Of a DNA stretch of 64,000 bases, positions 1 to 13,278 are shown piece after piece. The notes under the pieces were generated by a model. It ran no database searches. It had not been told where the DNA came from and saw only the letters and a program-made list of their open reading frames with translations. Source of the DNA: Mobula hypostoma (Eukaryota); assembly GCF_963921235.1 (NCBI RefSeq), contig NC_086098.1, positions 5,084,001-5,148,000 on the forward strand, written 5' to 3'. The translations under genes were made by a program, and so were the position numbers. Numbering within the stretch: the stretch's first letter is position 1; the number at the start of each line of letters is the position of its first letter.

Positions 1-2121
1 GGTCCCAGCACTGAGCCTTGCGGTACCCCACTAGTCACCGCCTGCCATTCTGAAAAGGTCCCGTTTATTCCCACTCTTTGCTTCCTGTCTGCTAACCAAT
101 TCTCCACCCACACCAATACCTTACCCCCAATACCGTGTGCTTTAAGTTTGCACACTAATCTCCTGTGTGGGACCTTGTCAAAAGCCTTTTGAAAATCCAA
201 ATATACCACATCCACTGGTTCTCCCCCTATCCACTCTACTAGTTACATCCTCAAAAAATTCTATGAGATTCGTCAGACATGATTTTCCTTTCACAAATCC
301 ATGCTGACTTTGTCCGATCATTTCACCGCTTTCCAAATGTGCTGTTATCACATCCTTGATAACTGACTCCAGCAGTTTCCCCACCACCGACGTTAGGCTA
401 ACCGGCCTATAATTCCCCGGTTTCTCTCTCCCTCCTTTTTTAAAAAGTGGGGTTACATTAGCCACCCTCCAATCCTCAGGAACTAGTCCAGAATCTAACG
501 AGTTTTGAAAAATTATCACTAATGCATCCACTATTTCTTGGGCCACTTCCTTAAGCACTCTGGGATGCAGACCATCTGGCCCTGGGGATTTATCTGCCTT
601 CAATCCCTTCAATTTACCTAACACCACTTCCCTACTAACATGTATTTCGCTCAGTTCCTCCATCTCACTGGACCCTCTGTCCCTTACTATTTCTGGAAGA
701 TTATTTATGTCCTCCTTAGTGAAGACAGAACCAAAGTAATTATTCAATTGGTCTGCCATGTCCTTGCTCCCCATAATCAATTCACCTGTTTCTGTTTGCA
801 GGGGACCTACATTTGTCTTTATCAGTCTTTTCCTTTTTACATATCTATAAAAGCTTTTACAGTCCGTTTTTATGTTCTCTGCTAGTTTTCTCTCATAATC
901 TTTTTTCCCCTTCCTAATTAAGCCCTTTGTCCTCCTCTGCTGAACTCTGAATTTCTCCCAGTCCTCAGGTGAGCCACTTTCTCTGGCTAATTTGTATGCT
1001 ACTTCTTTGGAATTGATACTATCCCTAATTTCTCTTGTCAGCCACGGGTGCACTACCTTCCTTGATTTATTCTTTTGCCAAACTGGGATGAACAATTGTT
1101 GTAGTTCATCCATGCAACCTTTAAATGCCTGCCATTGCATATCCACCGTCAATCCTTGAAGTGTCATTTGCCAGTCTATCTTAGCTAATTCATGTCTCAT
1201 ACCTTCAAAGTTACCCCTCTTTAAGTTCAGAACCTTTGTTTCTGAATTAACTACGTCACTCTCCATGTTAATGAAGAATTCCACCATATTATGGTCACTC
1301 TTACCCAAGGGGCCTCTCACGACAAGATCGCTAATTAACCCTTCCTCATTGCTCAAAACCCAGTCCAGAATAGCCTGCTCTCTAGTCGGTTCCTCGACAT
1401 GTTGGTTCAAAAAACCATCCCACATACATTCCAAGAAATCCTCTTCCTCAGCACCTTTACCAATTTGGTTCACCCAGTCTACATGTAGATTGAAGTCACC
1501 CATTATAACTGCTGTTCCTTTATTGCACACATTTCTAATTTCCTGTTTAATACCATCTCCGACCTCACTACTACTGTTAGGTGGCCTGTACACAACTCCC
1601 ACCAGCGTCTTCTGCCCCTTAGTGTTACGCAGCTCTACCCATATCGATTCCACATCTTCCCGGCTTATGTCCTTCCTTTCTATTGCGTTAATCTCTTTTT
1701 TAACCAGCAACGCCACCCCACCTCCCCTTCCTTCGTGTCTATCCCTCCTGAATATTGAATATCCCTGAACGTTGAGCTCCCATCCCTGGTCACCCTGGAG
1801 CCATGTCTCTGTGATCCCAACTATATCATAATCATTAATAACAATCTGCACTTTCAATTCATCCACCTTATTACGAATGCTCCTTGCATTGACACATAAA
1901 GCCTTCAGGCACTCTTTTACAACTCTCTTAGCCCTTTTTAATGCTTGCCCTGGATTTGTCGGCCTGCCACTTTTACTTTTCCCCTTTGTACTTTTTGCTT
2001 CTACGCTCACTTTACACCCCTCTGTCTCTCTGCACTGGTTCCCATCCCTCTGTTGTGAACTAACCTCCTCACACCTAGCCGCTTTAATTTGATTCCCACC
2101 CCCCAACCATTCTAGTTTAAA
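1..2121 (-). pseudogene. CR1 ORF2 (APE endonuclease + RT) with a +1 frameshift in the C-run at 223-227
   Basis: Motifs NARS, ITETW, YRPP, GDFN, SDH and NYRPVSLTS. The run has 5 C where the sister copy near 52904 has 4. Confidence 0.9.
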
Positions 2122-2948
2122 GTCACCTCAGTAGCCCCCGCTAATCTCCCTGCCAGGATATTGGTCCCCCGAGGATTTAAGTGTAACCCGTCCTTTTTGT
2201 ACAGGTCACGCCTGCGCCAAAAGAGGTCCCAATGATCCAAAAACTTGAATCCCTGCCCCCTGCTCCAATCCCTCAGCCACGCATTTATCCTCCACCTCAT
2301 CGCATTCCTACTCTCACTGTCGCGTGGCACAGGCAGTAATCCCGAGATTACTACCTTTGCGGTCCTTTTTCTCAACTCCCTTCCTAGCTCCCTATATTCT
2401 TCTTTCAGGACCTCATCCCTTTTCCTACCTATGTCATTGGTACCTATATGTACCAGGACCTCTGGCTCTTCACCCTCCCACTTCAGGATATCTTGGACAC
2501 GATCAGAAATATCCCGGACCCTGGCACCAGGGAGGCAAACTACCATCCGAGTCTCTGGACTGCGTCCACAGAATCGCCTATCTGACCCCCTTACTATCGA
2601 GTCCCCTATCACAACTGCCCTCCTCTTCCTTGCCCTACCCTTCTGAGCTACAGGGCCAGACTCTGTGCCGGAGGCAGGGCCACTGTCGCTTCCCCCGGGT
2701 AAGCTGTCCCCCCCAACAGTACTCAAACAGGAGTACCTGTTGTTAAGGGGCACAGCCGCCGGGGTACTCCCCATCACCTTCCTTTTCCCCTTCCCCCTCC
2801 TAACCGTGACCCACTTGTCTGCCTCCCGTGGCCCCGGCGTGACCACCTGCCTTCCACTCCTCTCTATCACCTCCTCACTCTCCCTGACCAGACGAAGGTC
2901 ATCGAGCTGCAGCTCCAGTTCCGTAACGCGGTCCCTTAGGAGCTGCAT
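2112..2948 (-). CDS. CR1 ORF1p (leucine zipper + SGNH/GDSL esterase), N-terminal zinc finger lost
   Basis: Coiled coil LRDRVTELELQLDDL; SGNH blocks VIGDSIV, HIGTND and DGLH. Confidence 0.9.
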   Translation of the reverse strand: MQLLRDRVTELELQLDDLRLVRESEEVIERSGRQVVTPGPREADKWVTVRRGKGKRKVMGSTPAAVPLNNRYSCLSTVGGDSLPGGSDSGPASGTESGPVAQKGRARKRRAVVIGDSIVRGSDRRFCGRSPETRMVVCLPGARVRDISDRVQDILKWEGEEPEVLVHIGTNDIGRKRDEVLKEEYRELGRELRKRTAKVVISGLLPVPRDSESRNAMRWRINAWLRDWSRGQGFKFLDHWDLFWRRRDLYKKDGLHLNPRGTNILAGRLAGATEVTLN

Positions 2949-2953
2949 CTCGA

Positions 2954-5900
2954 AGGGGATTAATATCCTGGCGGGAAAGTTTAATAGAGCTGTTAGGGAG
3001 GGTTTAAACTAATTTGGCAGGGGGATGGGAACCGGAATGCTAGAGCGGAGGAAGGGGAAAACAGAAATAAATCTAAGATAATGAGCAGTAAAGATGTCAG
3101 GAAAGACAGGCAGGTGATGGGGCAAATTTGCAGCCATTGGAATGAGTTGCAGTGCAATCAAAGCGAAAAGTACCAAATACTGGTCTTAAGGTGTTACACT
3201 TAAATGCACGCAGCATAAGAAATAAGGTGGTGATCTTGTCGTACAGCTGCAGATTGGCAGGTATGATATTGTGGCCATCACTGAGACGTGGCTAAAGGAT
3301 GCATGTCTCTGGGAGCTGAATGTCCAAGGATACACGGTGTATCAGAAGGATAGGCAGGTAGGCAGAGGGGGTGCCATGGTTTTATTGGTAAGAAATGATA
3401 TCAAATCATTAGAAAGAGGATCGGAAGGTGCAGAACCTTTATGGGTTGAGCTAAGAAATCGCAGGGGTAAAAGGACCCTGATGGCAGTTATATACAGGCC
3501 TCCAAACAGCTGCAGTGATGTGGACTACAAATTACAACAGGAAATAGAAAAGGCTTGTCAAAAGGGCAGTGTTATGATAATTGTGGGGGATTTTAACATG
3601 CGAGTGGATTGGGAAAATCAGGTCAGCACTCTATTTCAAGAGAGAGAATTTGTAGAATGTCTGTGAGATGGTTTTTTGGAACAGCTTGTTGTTGAGCCCA
3701 CTAGGGTATCGGCTGTACTGGATTGGGTATAGTGTAATGAACCAGTGGTGATTAGAGAGATTGAGGTGAAGGAACCCTTAGGAGGCAGTGATCATAACAT
3801 GATTGAGTTCACTGTGAAATTTGAGAATGAGAAGCCAAAATCCAATGTGTCAGTATTTCAGTGGAGTAAAGGAAATTATAGTAGCATGAGAGAGGAACTG
3901 GCCAAAGTTGACTGGAAAGGGACACTGGTGGGAAGGACGGCAGAGCAGCAGTGGCTGGAGTTTATGCGAGAAGTGAGGAAGGTGCGAGGCAGGTATATTC
4001 CAAAAAAGAAGAAATTTTTGAATGGAGAAAGGATGCAACCGTGGCTGACAAGAGAAGTCAAAGCCAAAGTTAAAGCAAAGGAGAGGGCATACAAGGAAGC
4101 AAAAATTAGTAGGAAGACAGAGGATTGGGAAGTTTTTAAAAGCTTACAAAAGGAAACTAAGGTCATTAAGAGGGAAAAGATGAACTATGAAAGGAAGCTA
4201 GCTAATAATATCAAAGAGGATGCTGAAAGCTTTTTCCAAGTATATAAAGAGTAAAAGACAGGTGAGAGTGGATATAGGACTGATAGAAAATGATGCTGGA
4301 GAAATTGTAATGGGAGATAAGGAGATGGTGGAGGAACGGAACGAGTATTTTGCATTGGCCTTCACTGAGGAAGACATCAGCAGTATACCGGACACTTAAG
4401 GGTGGCAGGGAAGAGAAGTGTGTGCAGTCACAATTACGACAGAGAAAGTACTCAGGAAGCTGAATAGTCTAAAGGTAGATAAATCTCCCAGACCAGATGG
4501 AATGCACCCTCGTGTTCTGAAGGAAGTAGCTGTGGAGATTGCAGAGGCATTAGCGATAATCTTTCAAAAGTCGATAGATTCTGGCATGGTTCTGGAGGAC
4601 TGGAAGATTGCAAATATCACTCCACTATTTAAGAAGGGGGCAAGGAAGCAAAAAGGAAATTATAGACCTGTTAGCTTGACTTCGGTAGTTGGGAAGTTGT
4701 TGGAGTCAATTGACAAGGATGAGGTTACGGAGTACCTGGAGGCATATGACAAGATAGGCAGAACTCAGCATGGTTTCCTTAAAGGAAAATCCTGCCTGAC
4801 AAACCCATTCCAATTTTTTGAGGAAATTACAAGTAGGCTAGACAAAGGAGATGCAGTGGATGTCGTATATTTGGATTTTCAGAAGACCTTTGACAAGGTG
4901 CCACACATGAGGCTACTTAACAGGATAAGAGCCCATGGAATTACAGGAAAGTTACATACATGGATAGGGCGTTGGCTGATTGGCAGGAAACAGAGTGGGA
5001 ATAAAGGGATCCTATTCTGGTTGGCTGCCGGTTACCAGTGGTGTTTCACAGGGGTCCGTGTTGGGGCCGCTTCTTTTTACATTGTACATCAACAATTTGG
5101 ATTATGGAATAGATGGCTTTGTGGCTAAGTTTGCTGATGATATGAAGATAGGTGGAGGGGCCGGTAGTGCTGAGGAAACGGAGAGTCTGCAGAGAGACTT
5201 GGATAGATTGGAAGAATGGGCAGAGAAGTGGCAAATGAAGTACAATGTTGGAAAGTGTATGGTTATGCACTTTGGCAGAAGAAATCAACGGGCAGACTAT
5301 TATTTAAATGAGGAAAGAATTCTAAGTTCTGAGATGCAACGGGACTTGGGAGTCCTCGTGCAGGATACCCTTAAGGTTAACCTCCAGGTTGAGTCGGTGG
5401 TGAAGAAGGCAAATGCAATGTTGGCATTCATTTCTAGAGGAATAGAGTATAGGAACAGGGATGTGATGTTGAGGCTCTATAAGGCGCTGGTGAGACCTCA
5501 CTTGGAGTACTGTGGGCAGTTTTGGTCTCCTTATTTAAGAAAGGATGTGCTGACGTTGGAGAGGGTACAGAGAAGATTCACTAGAATGATTCCGGGAATG
5601 AGAGGGTTAACATATGAGGAACGTTTGTCTGCTCTTGGACTGTATTCCTTGGAGTTTAGAAGAGTGAGGGGAGACCTCACAGAAACATTTCGAATGTTGA
5701 AAGGCATGGACAGAGTGGATGTGGCAAAGTTGTTTCCCATGATGGGGGAGTCTAGTACGAGAGGGCATGACTTAAGGATTGAAGGGCGCCCTTTCAGAAC
5801 AGAAATGTGAAGAAATTTTTTGAGCCAGAGGGTGGTGAATCTATGGAATTTGTTGCTATGTGCAGCAGTGGAGGCCAAGTCATTGGGTGTATTTAAGGCA

Positions 5901-6052
5901 GAGATTGATAGGTATCTGAGTAGCCAGGGCATCAAAGGTTATGGTGAGAAGGCAGGGGAGTGGGACTAAATGGGAGAATGGATCAGCTCATGATAAAATG
6001 GTGGAGCAGACTCGATGGGCCGAATGACTTCTGCTCCTTTGTCTTGTCTTAT
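2954..6052 (+). mobile_element. CR1 LINE subfamily B, degenerate (end of ORF1, broken ORF2, 3' UTR)
   Basis: ORF1 end GINILAGKFNRAVREGLN*. EN/RT pieces in ORFs 3271-3666, 3745-4254, 4418-5128 and 4980-5810 (FADD). CR1 3' UTR and tail present. Confidence 0.93.
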
Positions 6053-6618
6053 ATGTAATGTCCAGGTATTGTTCACCGTGGTCAGAGGTGCAGACCTGCG
6101 CAAGGAAGATTTTAAAGTGCCACAGTGGGTGTGCCATCCCCAGTAGCGCTATCTTCACCATGATGAGGTACATCCCGGTGGCAAGGGTGATCCCAGGACA
6201 ACTGGTCCCACATCTTGGCTGCAGGAGGCTGCCAAGTCCTTGGTCTGTTAAGGTCCACCTATTGTGCGCCACCAGAGCATTACTTTTCTGTCAGGGTGTG
6301 CTCCCTTAGCCTTGTCTCAACAGACTTACCATTGGGGTTATTTATCCATAGCTGGGACAGTAGTTGACAGGCGCCAGGGCGTGTCCACACAGTGGTGGGC
6401 CTGCACACCCCATCCCTGGGGCCCACTGCTGCTCCGAGATCCCCTGTAGTTTATCCTGGGGTCGTAAGATACCCAGTTTCTGTGTGTGGTCCCGAGGAGG
6501 CACTGCAAGAGTCTTGGTGGTGGAGAGGCTTTGTCCTGGCAGGAGGAGGCTTACACACTTGGCTCCTCTTTTCACCCTCTATTGAGAAGGCTAGTCAGCA
6601 GGCAATAGCAGCATATTT

Positions 6619-6905
6619 CTCCCCTCCTCCCCCTCCTCCTCCCCCTCCACCCCTCCTCCTCCCCCTCCACCCCTCCTCCTCCCCCTCCTCCCCCTCCTCC
6701 CCCTCCACCCCTCCTCCTCCTCCCCCTCCTCCCCCTCCTCCCCCTCCACCCCTCCTCCTCCCCCTCCTCCTCCCCCTCCACCCCTCCTTCTCCTCCCCCT
6801 CCTCCTCCCCCTCCTCCCCTCCACCCCCCTCCTCCCCCTCCTCCCCCTCCTCCTCCCCCTCCTCCCCCTCCTCCCCCTCCTCCTCCCCCTCCTCCTCCTC
6901 CCCCT
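6619..6905. repeat. (CCT/CCCCT)n low-complexity polypyrimidine tract
   Basis: About 290 bp of almost pure C/T; the poly-Pro/Gly/Glu ORFs here are by-products. Confidence 0.97.
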
Positions 6906-7357
6906 CTGGTTTCCTCAGCCTGAGGTCAATAATCAGCTCCTTGGTCTTGCTGACATTGAGTAAGAGGTTGTTGTTATTACACCACTCAGCCATACTTTCA
7001 ATCTCCCTCCTATAAGCTGATCCATCACCACTTTTGATTTGGTCTACATCAATGGTGTCGTCAGCAAACTCAGATATGGCATTGGAGCTGTGCTTAGCCG
7101 CACAGTAGTAAGTGTAAAGCAAGTAGAGCAGGGGGCTACACAGACTGTCTTCTGGTGCACCAGTGCTGGTGGAGATTGTGAAGGAGGTGCTTTTGCCAAT
7201 CTGAACTGACTGGGGTCTGCAAGGATCCAATTATACAAAGACGAGGAAATCTGCAGATGCAAACACGAGGAATTCTGCAGATGCTGGAAATTCAAGCAAC
7301 ATACATCAAAGTTGCTGGTGAACGCAGCAGGCGAGGCAGCATCTATAGGAAGAGGTA

Positions 7358-7396
7358 CAGTCGACGTTTCGAGCCGAGACCCTTCGTCAGGACTAA
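7358..7396 (-). ncRNA. Minimal type I hammerhead ribozyme motif (Penelope-type)
   Basis: Minus strand reads AGUC-CUGACGA-AGGGUCUCGGCUC-GAAAC-GUC-GACU: core boxes, stem I AGUC/GACU and palindromic ACGU stem III. Confidence 0.75.
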
Positions 7397-8494
7397 CTGA
7401 AAGAAGAACTAGTAAGAGATTTGAAAGTGGGATGGGGAGGGGGAGATCCAAAATGATAGGAGAAGACAGGAGGGGGAGGGATGGAGCCAAGAGCTGGACA
7501 GGTGATAGGCAAAAGGGATATGAGAGGATCATGGGACAGGAGGCCCAGGGAGAAAGAAAGGGGGGTGGGGGGAAAAACCCAGAGGATGGCAAGGGGTATA
7601 GTCAGAGGGACAGAGGGAGAAAAAGGAGAGTGAGAGAAAGAATGCGTGTATATAAATAAATAACGGATGGAGTACGAGGGGGAGGTGGGGCATTAGCGGA
7701 AGTTTGAGAAGTCAATGTTCACGCCATCAGGTTGGAGGCTACCCAGACGGAATATAAGGTGTTGTTCCTCCAACCTGAGTGTGGCTTCATCTTGACAGTA
7801 GAGGAGGCCGTGGATAGACATGTCAGAATGGGAATGGGACGTGGAATTAAAATGTGTGGACACTAAGAACAATTTTCCCTCCCCCCGCCCCGCCTTCCAC
7901 AGGGATCGCTCCCTACACAACTCCCTTGTCCATTCGTCCCCCTCCATCCTTCCCCACCGATCTCCCTCCTGGCACTTATCCTTGTAAGCGGAACAAGTGC
8001 TACACCTGCCCTTACACTTCCTCCCTCACCATCATTCAGGGCCCCAGAGTCCTTCCAGGTGAGGTGACACTTCACCTGTGAGTCGGCTGGGGTGATATAC
8101 TGTGTCCGGTGCTCCCGATGTGGCCTTATATATATTGGCGAGACCCGACGCTGTCACAATGGGGTGCTGGGACACAGACACTGAAGTACAAGGAACAGGA
8201 CTTGACTAGAGTAGCGACGTGACTGGATAAAGGCAAGGATCAGGGACAAGAACGCAGACTTGGGCAAGGGAAAGCGGGACCAGGACTAGAAACCGTGGGC
8301 AAGGAGACAAGGCATCAGCTCCGAGCCCAAGTCTGGACAAGGACCCAGAATCTAGGTCCTGTCTCAGGCTCAGATCCCAGAACCAGGTAAGGACATGACA
8401 TGGCTTCAGGACAGGACGTGGCTGGGGTCTAGAGGCCTGAGCTTGGCTGCGGGATCGTCGAGGCTTGGGGTCTTGGAGCTTGGCTGCGGCATTG

Positions 8495-10557
8495 TCAATA
8501 GACAATAGGTGCAGGACTAGGCCATTCGGCCCTTCGAGCCAGCACCGCCATTCACTGTGATCATGGCTGATCATCCACTATCAGTATTCAGTTCCTGCCT
8601 TATCCGCATAACCTTTGATTCAGCTATTTTTAAGAGCTCTATCCATCTCTTTTTTGAAAGAATCTAGAGACTTGACCTCCACAGCCTTCTGGAGAGGAGC
8701 ATTCCATATATCCACCACTCTCTGGGTGAAAAAGTTTTTCCTCAACTCCGTTCTAAATGGCCTACCCCTTATTCTTAAACTGTGGCCTCTGGTTCTGGAC
8801 TCACCCGTCAGCGGGAACATGCTTCCTGCCTGCAGCGTGCTCAATCCCTTAATTATCTTATATGTTTCAATAAGATCCCCTCTCAGCCTTCTAAATTCCA
8901 GTGTATACAAGCCCAGTCGCTCCAATCTTTCGACATATGACAGTCCCGCCATCCCGGGAATTAACCTTGTGAACCTACGCTGCACTCCCTCAATAGCAAG
9001 AATGTCCTTCCTGAAATTTGGAGACCAAAACTGCACACAGTACTCCAGGTGTGGTCTCACCAGGGCCCTGTACAGCTGCAGAAGGACCTCTTTGCTCCTA
9101 TACTCAATTCCCCTTGTTATGAAGGCCAACATGCTATTAGCTTTCTTCACTGCCTGCTGTACTTGCATGCTTGCTTTCAGTGACTGATGCACAAGAACAC
9201 CTAGCTCTCGTTGTACTTCCCCTTTTCCTAACTTGACTCCATTTAGATAATAATCTGCCTTCCTGTTCTTACCACCAAAGTGGATAACCTCACATTTATC
9301 CACATTAAACTGCATCTGCCCACTCACCCAGCCTGTCCAAGTTACCCTGCATTCTCATAACATCCCCCTCACATTTCACACTGCCACCCAGCTTTGTGTC
9401 ATCGGCAAAGTTTCTAATGTTACTTTTAATTTCCTCATCTAAATCATTAATATATATTGTAAACAGCTGCGGTCCCAGTACTGAACCCTGCGGTACCCCA
9501 CTGGTCACCGCCTGCCATTCCAAAAGGGACCCGTTAATCGCTACTCTTTGTTTTCTGTCAGCCAGCCAATTTTCAATCCATGTCAGTACTCTGCCCCAAT
9601 ACCATGAGCCCTAATTTTGCCCACTAATCTCCTATGTGGGACTTAAACATAGAACATAGAATAGTACAGAACAGTACAGGCCCTTCGGCCCTCAATGTTA
9701 TGCCGACCCTCAAACCCTGCCTCCCATATAAGCCCCCACCTTAAATTCCTCCATATACCTGTCTAGCAGTCGCTTAAACTTCACTAGTGTATCTGCCTCC
9801 ACCACTGACTCAGGCAGTGCATTCCACGCACCAACCACTCTCTGAGTGAAAAACCTTCCTCTAATATCCCCCTTGAACTTCCCACCCCTTACCTGAAAGC
9901 CATATCCTCTTGTACTGAGCAGTGGTGCCCTGAGGAAGAGGTGCTGGCTATCCACTCTATCTATTCCTCTTATTATCTTGTACACCTCTATCATGTCTCC
10001 TCTCATCCTCCTTCTCTCCAAAGAGTAAAGCCCTAACTCCCTTAATCTCTGATCATAATCTGTACTCTCTAAACCAGGCAGCATCCTGGTAAATCTCCTC
10101 TGTACCCTTTCCAATGCTTCCACATCCTTCCTATAGTGAGGCGACCAGAACTGGACACAGTACTCCACGTGTGGCCTAACCAGAGTTTTATAGAGCTGCA
10201 TCCTTTCTGAATATCCAGGTACACTACATCTACTGGCTCTCCCTTGTCCATTTTCATAGTTACATCCTCAAAAAATTCCAGAAGTTTAGTCAAGCACGAT
10301 TTCCCCTTCGTAAATCCATGCTGACTCGGACCAATCCTGTTACTGCTATACAGATGTGTTGTAATTTCATCTTTTATAATTGACTCCAGCATCTTTCCCA
10401 CCACTGACGTCAGGCTAACCGGTCTATAATTCCCTATTTTCTCTCTTCCTCCATTCTTGAAGAGAGGGACAACATTAGCCACCCTCCAATCCACAGAAAC
10501 TGATCCTGAATCTATAGAACATCGGAAAATGATTACCAATGCGTCCACAATTTCTAA
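8495..10557 (-). mobile_element. 5'-truncated CR1 (subfamily C), RT region, split by a CR1-D insertion
   Basis: ORFs 8620-9327, 9305-9523 and 10069-10548; CTATTG-type tail; ATTG on both flanks. Confidence 0.9.
9645..10201 (-). mobile_element. 5'-truncated CR1 (subfamily D), 3' end
   Basis: ORF 9710-10201 and a (TTCTATG)n tail; matches 26071-26635. Confidence 0.9.
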
Positions 10558-10753
10558 ATTGAGGCTTGGATTCTTGGAGCTCAGAGACAGACTGGGAACC
10601 GAACATCAACATAGAGCCGGGACTTGTCCTTCGACAAGCTGGGACTCATCTTTAACACAACACTAACATGAGACAGGACAGAACATAGACAGAGCCGGGA
10701 CTTATCCCAAGACAAGCCGGGACTCAACTTCATCTCCACACCAAGGTGGGACA

Positions 10754-11085
10754 GGTCTCTCCGTAAGGCAACGGCAGAACAGCCAGACTTACCCAACAGA
10801 GGCAAGGACAAGACAAGACAGAACCCTCCGCAGGGCAACAGCAAAACAGCCTGATTTACCCCACGGAGGCAAGGACAAGACATGACAGAACCCTCAGCAG
10901 GGCAACAGCAAAACAGCCTGGCCTACCCCACAGAGGCAAGGACAAGACATGACAGAACCCTCCGCAGGGCAACAGCAAAACAGCCTGACCTACCCCACAG
11001 GGGCAAGGACAAGACAAGACTGATCCCCCCGCAGGGCAATGGCAAAACGGCCTGACTTACCCCACAGAGGCGAGGACAAGAAGCG
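10754..11085. repeat. 67-bp tandem minisatellite (about 5 copies) inside the solo LTR
   Basis: GA(A/T)CCC recurs at 10821, 10888, 10955 and 11022. Confidence 0.9.
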
Positions 11086-11390
11086 ACAAACACCAAAGAA
11101 CGACAGACAGTTCCATCTCTGCTCCAGGGTATCTCCAAGTCTCAGTTCAGCCAGCAACCTCAGCTGGCTATGGAAACAGCTGGATCCCTACCACAGACTA
11201 CTCCAACAAGTGGCCGCAAGGCTCCATGAAGCAGTGGTCCTCCAACCAAACCTAGAGATCACAAATGGTTTCACTAGCCTTCCATCAGCAGGTTGCTCCA
11301 AGGGGGACTGACAAGAAAAACCAGCAGCCCACACTCGACCCCAAGGCTACTTATATTTCAAGCCCCAAGATGGGAATCAGGTGCCTATGC

Positions 11391-13278
11391 CAGAATCCTG
11401 TACATTGATTTCAGTTCAGCGTTCAATACCATCATTCCGCAGAGACTAGTGGAGAAACTGTCGCTGCTTGGCCTTAGCACTGCCATATGTCTCTGGATTC
11501 TGGATTTCTTGACAGAGAGACCACAGTCAGTCTGTGTTGGCAGGAACATCTCTGACTCCATCACACTGAGCATTGGATCCCCACAAGGCTGTGTGCTTAG
11601 CCCATTGCTGTTTACACTGCTAACACATGACTATGCAGCCAGATTCAAGGAGAACCTGATCATTAAATTTGCAGATGATACCACAGTGGTGGGGCTCATC
11701 AGCAAAAATAACTGTAGCCCCCCCCGGCCACCCTCAGGGTCGCTCGGCTCACTGTTGACTAGGGAAACAGCCTCGGCCCCGGCAAACTGGGTCATAGTTT
11801 GTGTGGATGCTGTGTGATGTACCCCACCCCGACAAATAACAGACAATACGTCAGATGCAATTAAATGATATACAGTTTATAGATATTACTGGAACTATAT
11901 AATTAAAAGAGAATAAAATATAAAAGGAAAATAAAAGGCGCCACTCTTAACAAAGTTCAATCTCTTCGTGCACAAAAACCGTTGGAGCTCAAGAACCTTC
12001 TTCTTCACCCTGCGACCCCCTCGGACCACCTCAACCGGCCGCCAAGGACCAACAACGGTGGTCGACCAGACGCTCTGCACAAGTCCGTCTCTGTCTTCTC
12101 GCCGAATGTCCCGCTCGGGGTCCGACCCCGTTAGCGGACTCACAGCACCTGGTCCATCCTCTGTCTCGCTCTCCCGCCTTCTGCCCCAAAACCCCGCGCA
12201 TACAGTATCTTCAAATACACCAAAAACATAACAACTATCCCAATTGGTTAATAGCACTTACCTATCACACTCTAAAGAAAAAACAAGCTGCTAGCGCAAA
12301 CTTTCTCAGCATTTAACACAACAAAGCCGCATTCCCCAGATTAACATAACAAAGACGCCATTTTAATTAGCCTCCGCAGTAACATAAAAGTCGAAACCCC
12401 CTTACATAATGAAACTATGTACAGGGAGGAGGTCAAACACCTAGAGAGCTGGAGCAGGGATAACAACTTGATGCTTAATATCACCAAAACCAAGGAGATG
12501 ATTGTCGATTTCAGACGGTCTCAGCCTGAGCACACACCCCTCAGCATCAGCGGCTGCACAGTGGAGAGAGTGGAAAACATCAAGTTCCTTGGGGTGCAGA
12601 TCTCGGACAATCTCATCTGGTCCAGGAACACCACTGGGATTGTGAATCAGGCCCAGCAGAGATGCACTTTCTGAGGAAGCTTAAACAAGCATCACTCCCC
12701 ACTAACATCTTAACTACATTCTACAGAGGCGTGGTTGAGAGCGTGCTGACCTTTTGCATCACAACCTGGTACTCCAGCTGCAGTGCTGTCGACAAAAAAG
12801 GCTTGCAGAGGGTGGTTAGGGGAGCAGAGAAGGTTATTGGGGTCTCCCTACCTTCTGTCCAAGACCTCTTTCAAAGTTGATGCCTCCAGAAGACACGGTA
12901 CATCATTAAAGACCCCTCACACCCTCTCCATGAACTGTTTGTTCTTCTGCCATCAGGCAAACGTTACAGGAGCATCAAAACTAAAACCACAAGGCTACTA
13001 AACGGCTTCGTCCCACAGGCAGTCAGACTGCTAAATAGCTGCTCCACCTGACTCTGCTTTGGACACTTTTAACTTGCACTGGACACTTATAACTGATTTT
13101 AACTGACATGTGGCTGTTGTGTTTTACTATTTATTGTTATGTTTATTATTTAGTGTTGCACTTGTTATGTTATGATTGCACTGCCCCTGAGAAACGCTGT
13201 CTCATTCTGCCCTGCAGAGCTGATGTACGGTTAGAATGACAATAAATTTTTTTGAATCTTTGAATCTTGAATCTTGAA
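11391..13278 (+). mobile_element. 5'-truncated Rex1/Babar LINE
   Basis: [34 protein letters not shown] and AQQR..FLRKL; (TCTTGAA)n tail; TSD CCTATGC at 11384-11390 and 13279-13285. Confidence 0.92.
11713..12406. mobile_element. Solo LTR (694 bp) inserted in the Rex1 RT
   Basis: TGTAG...TTACA termini; 4-bp TSD TAAC/TAAT; removing it restores ISKNNETMYREEV. Confidence 0.88.

Larger units (their letters stand above)
1..2953 (-). mobile_element. CR1 LINE, young subfamily A; 5'-truncated within ORF1, 3' part runs off the window
   Basis: Near-identical to the copies at 15760-18076, 51761-54802 and 61728-64000; carries ORF1 esterase and ORF2 EN/RT. Confidence 0.95.

Noticed and set aside
2665..3012. 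115-aa ORF crossing the head-to-head CR1 junction
   Set aside because: It is antisense CR1-A ORF1 joined by chance to the last 18 codons of CR1-B ORF1.
6392..7230. Poly-Pro/Gly/Glu ORFs
   Set aside because: They are translations of the (CCT)n tract fused to a Rex1 remnant.
10754..11085. Regular repeats resembling a CRISPR array
   Set aside because: Head-to-tail 67-bp units with no unique spacers, inside a eukaryotic LTR.
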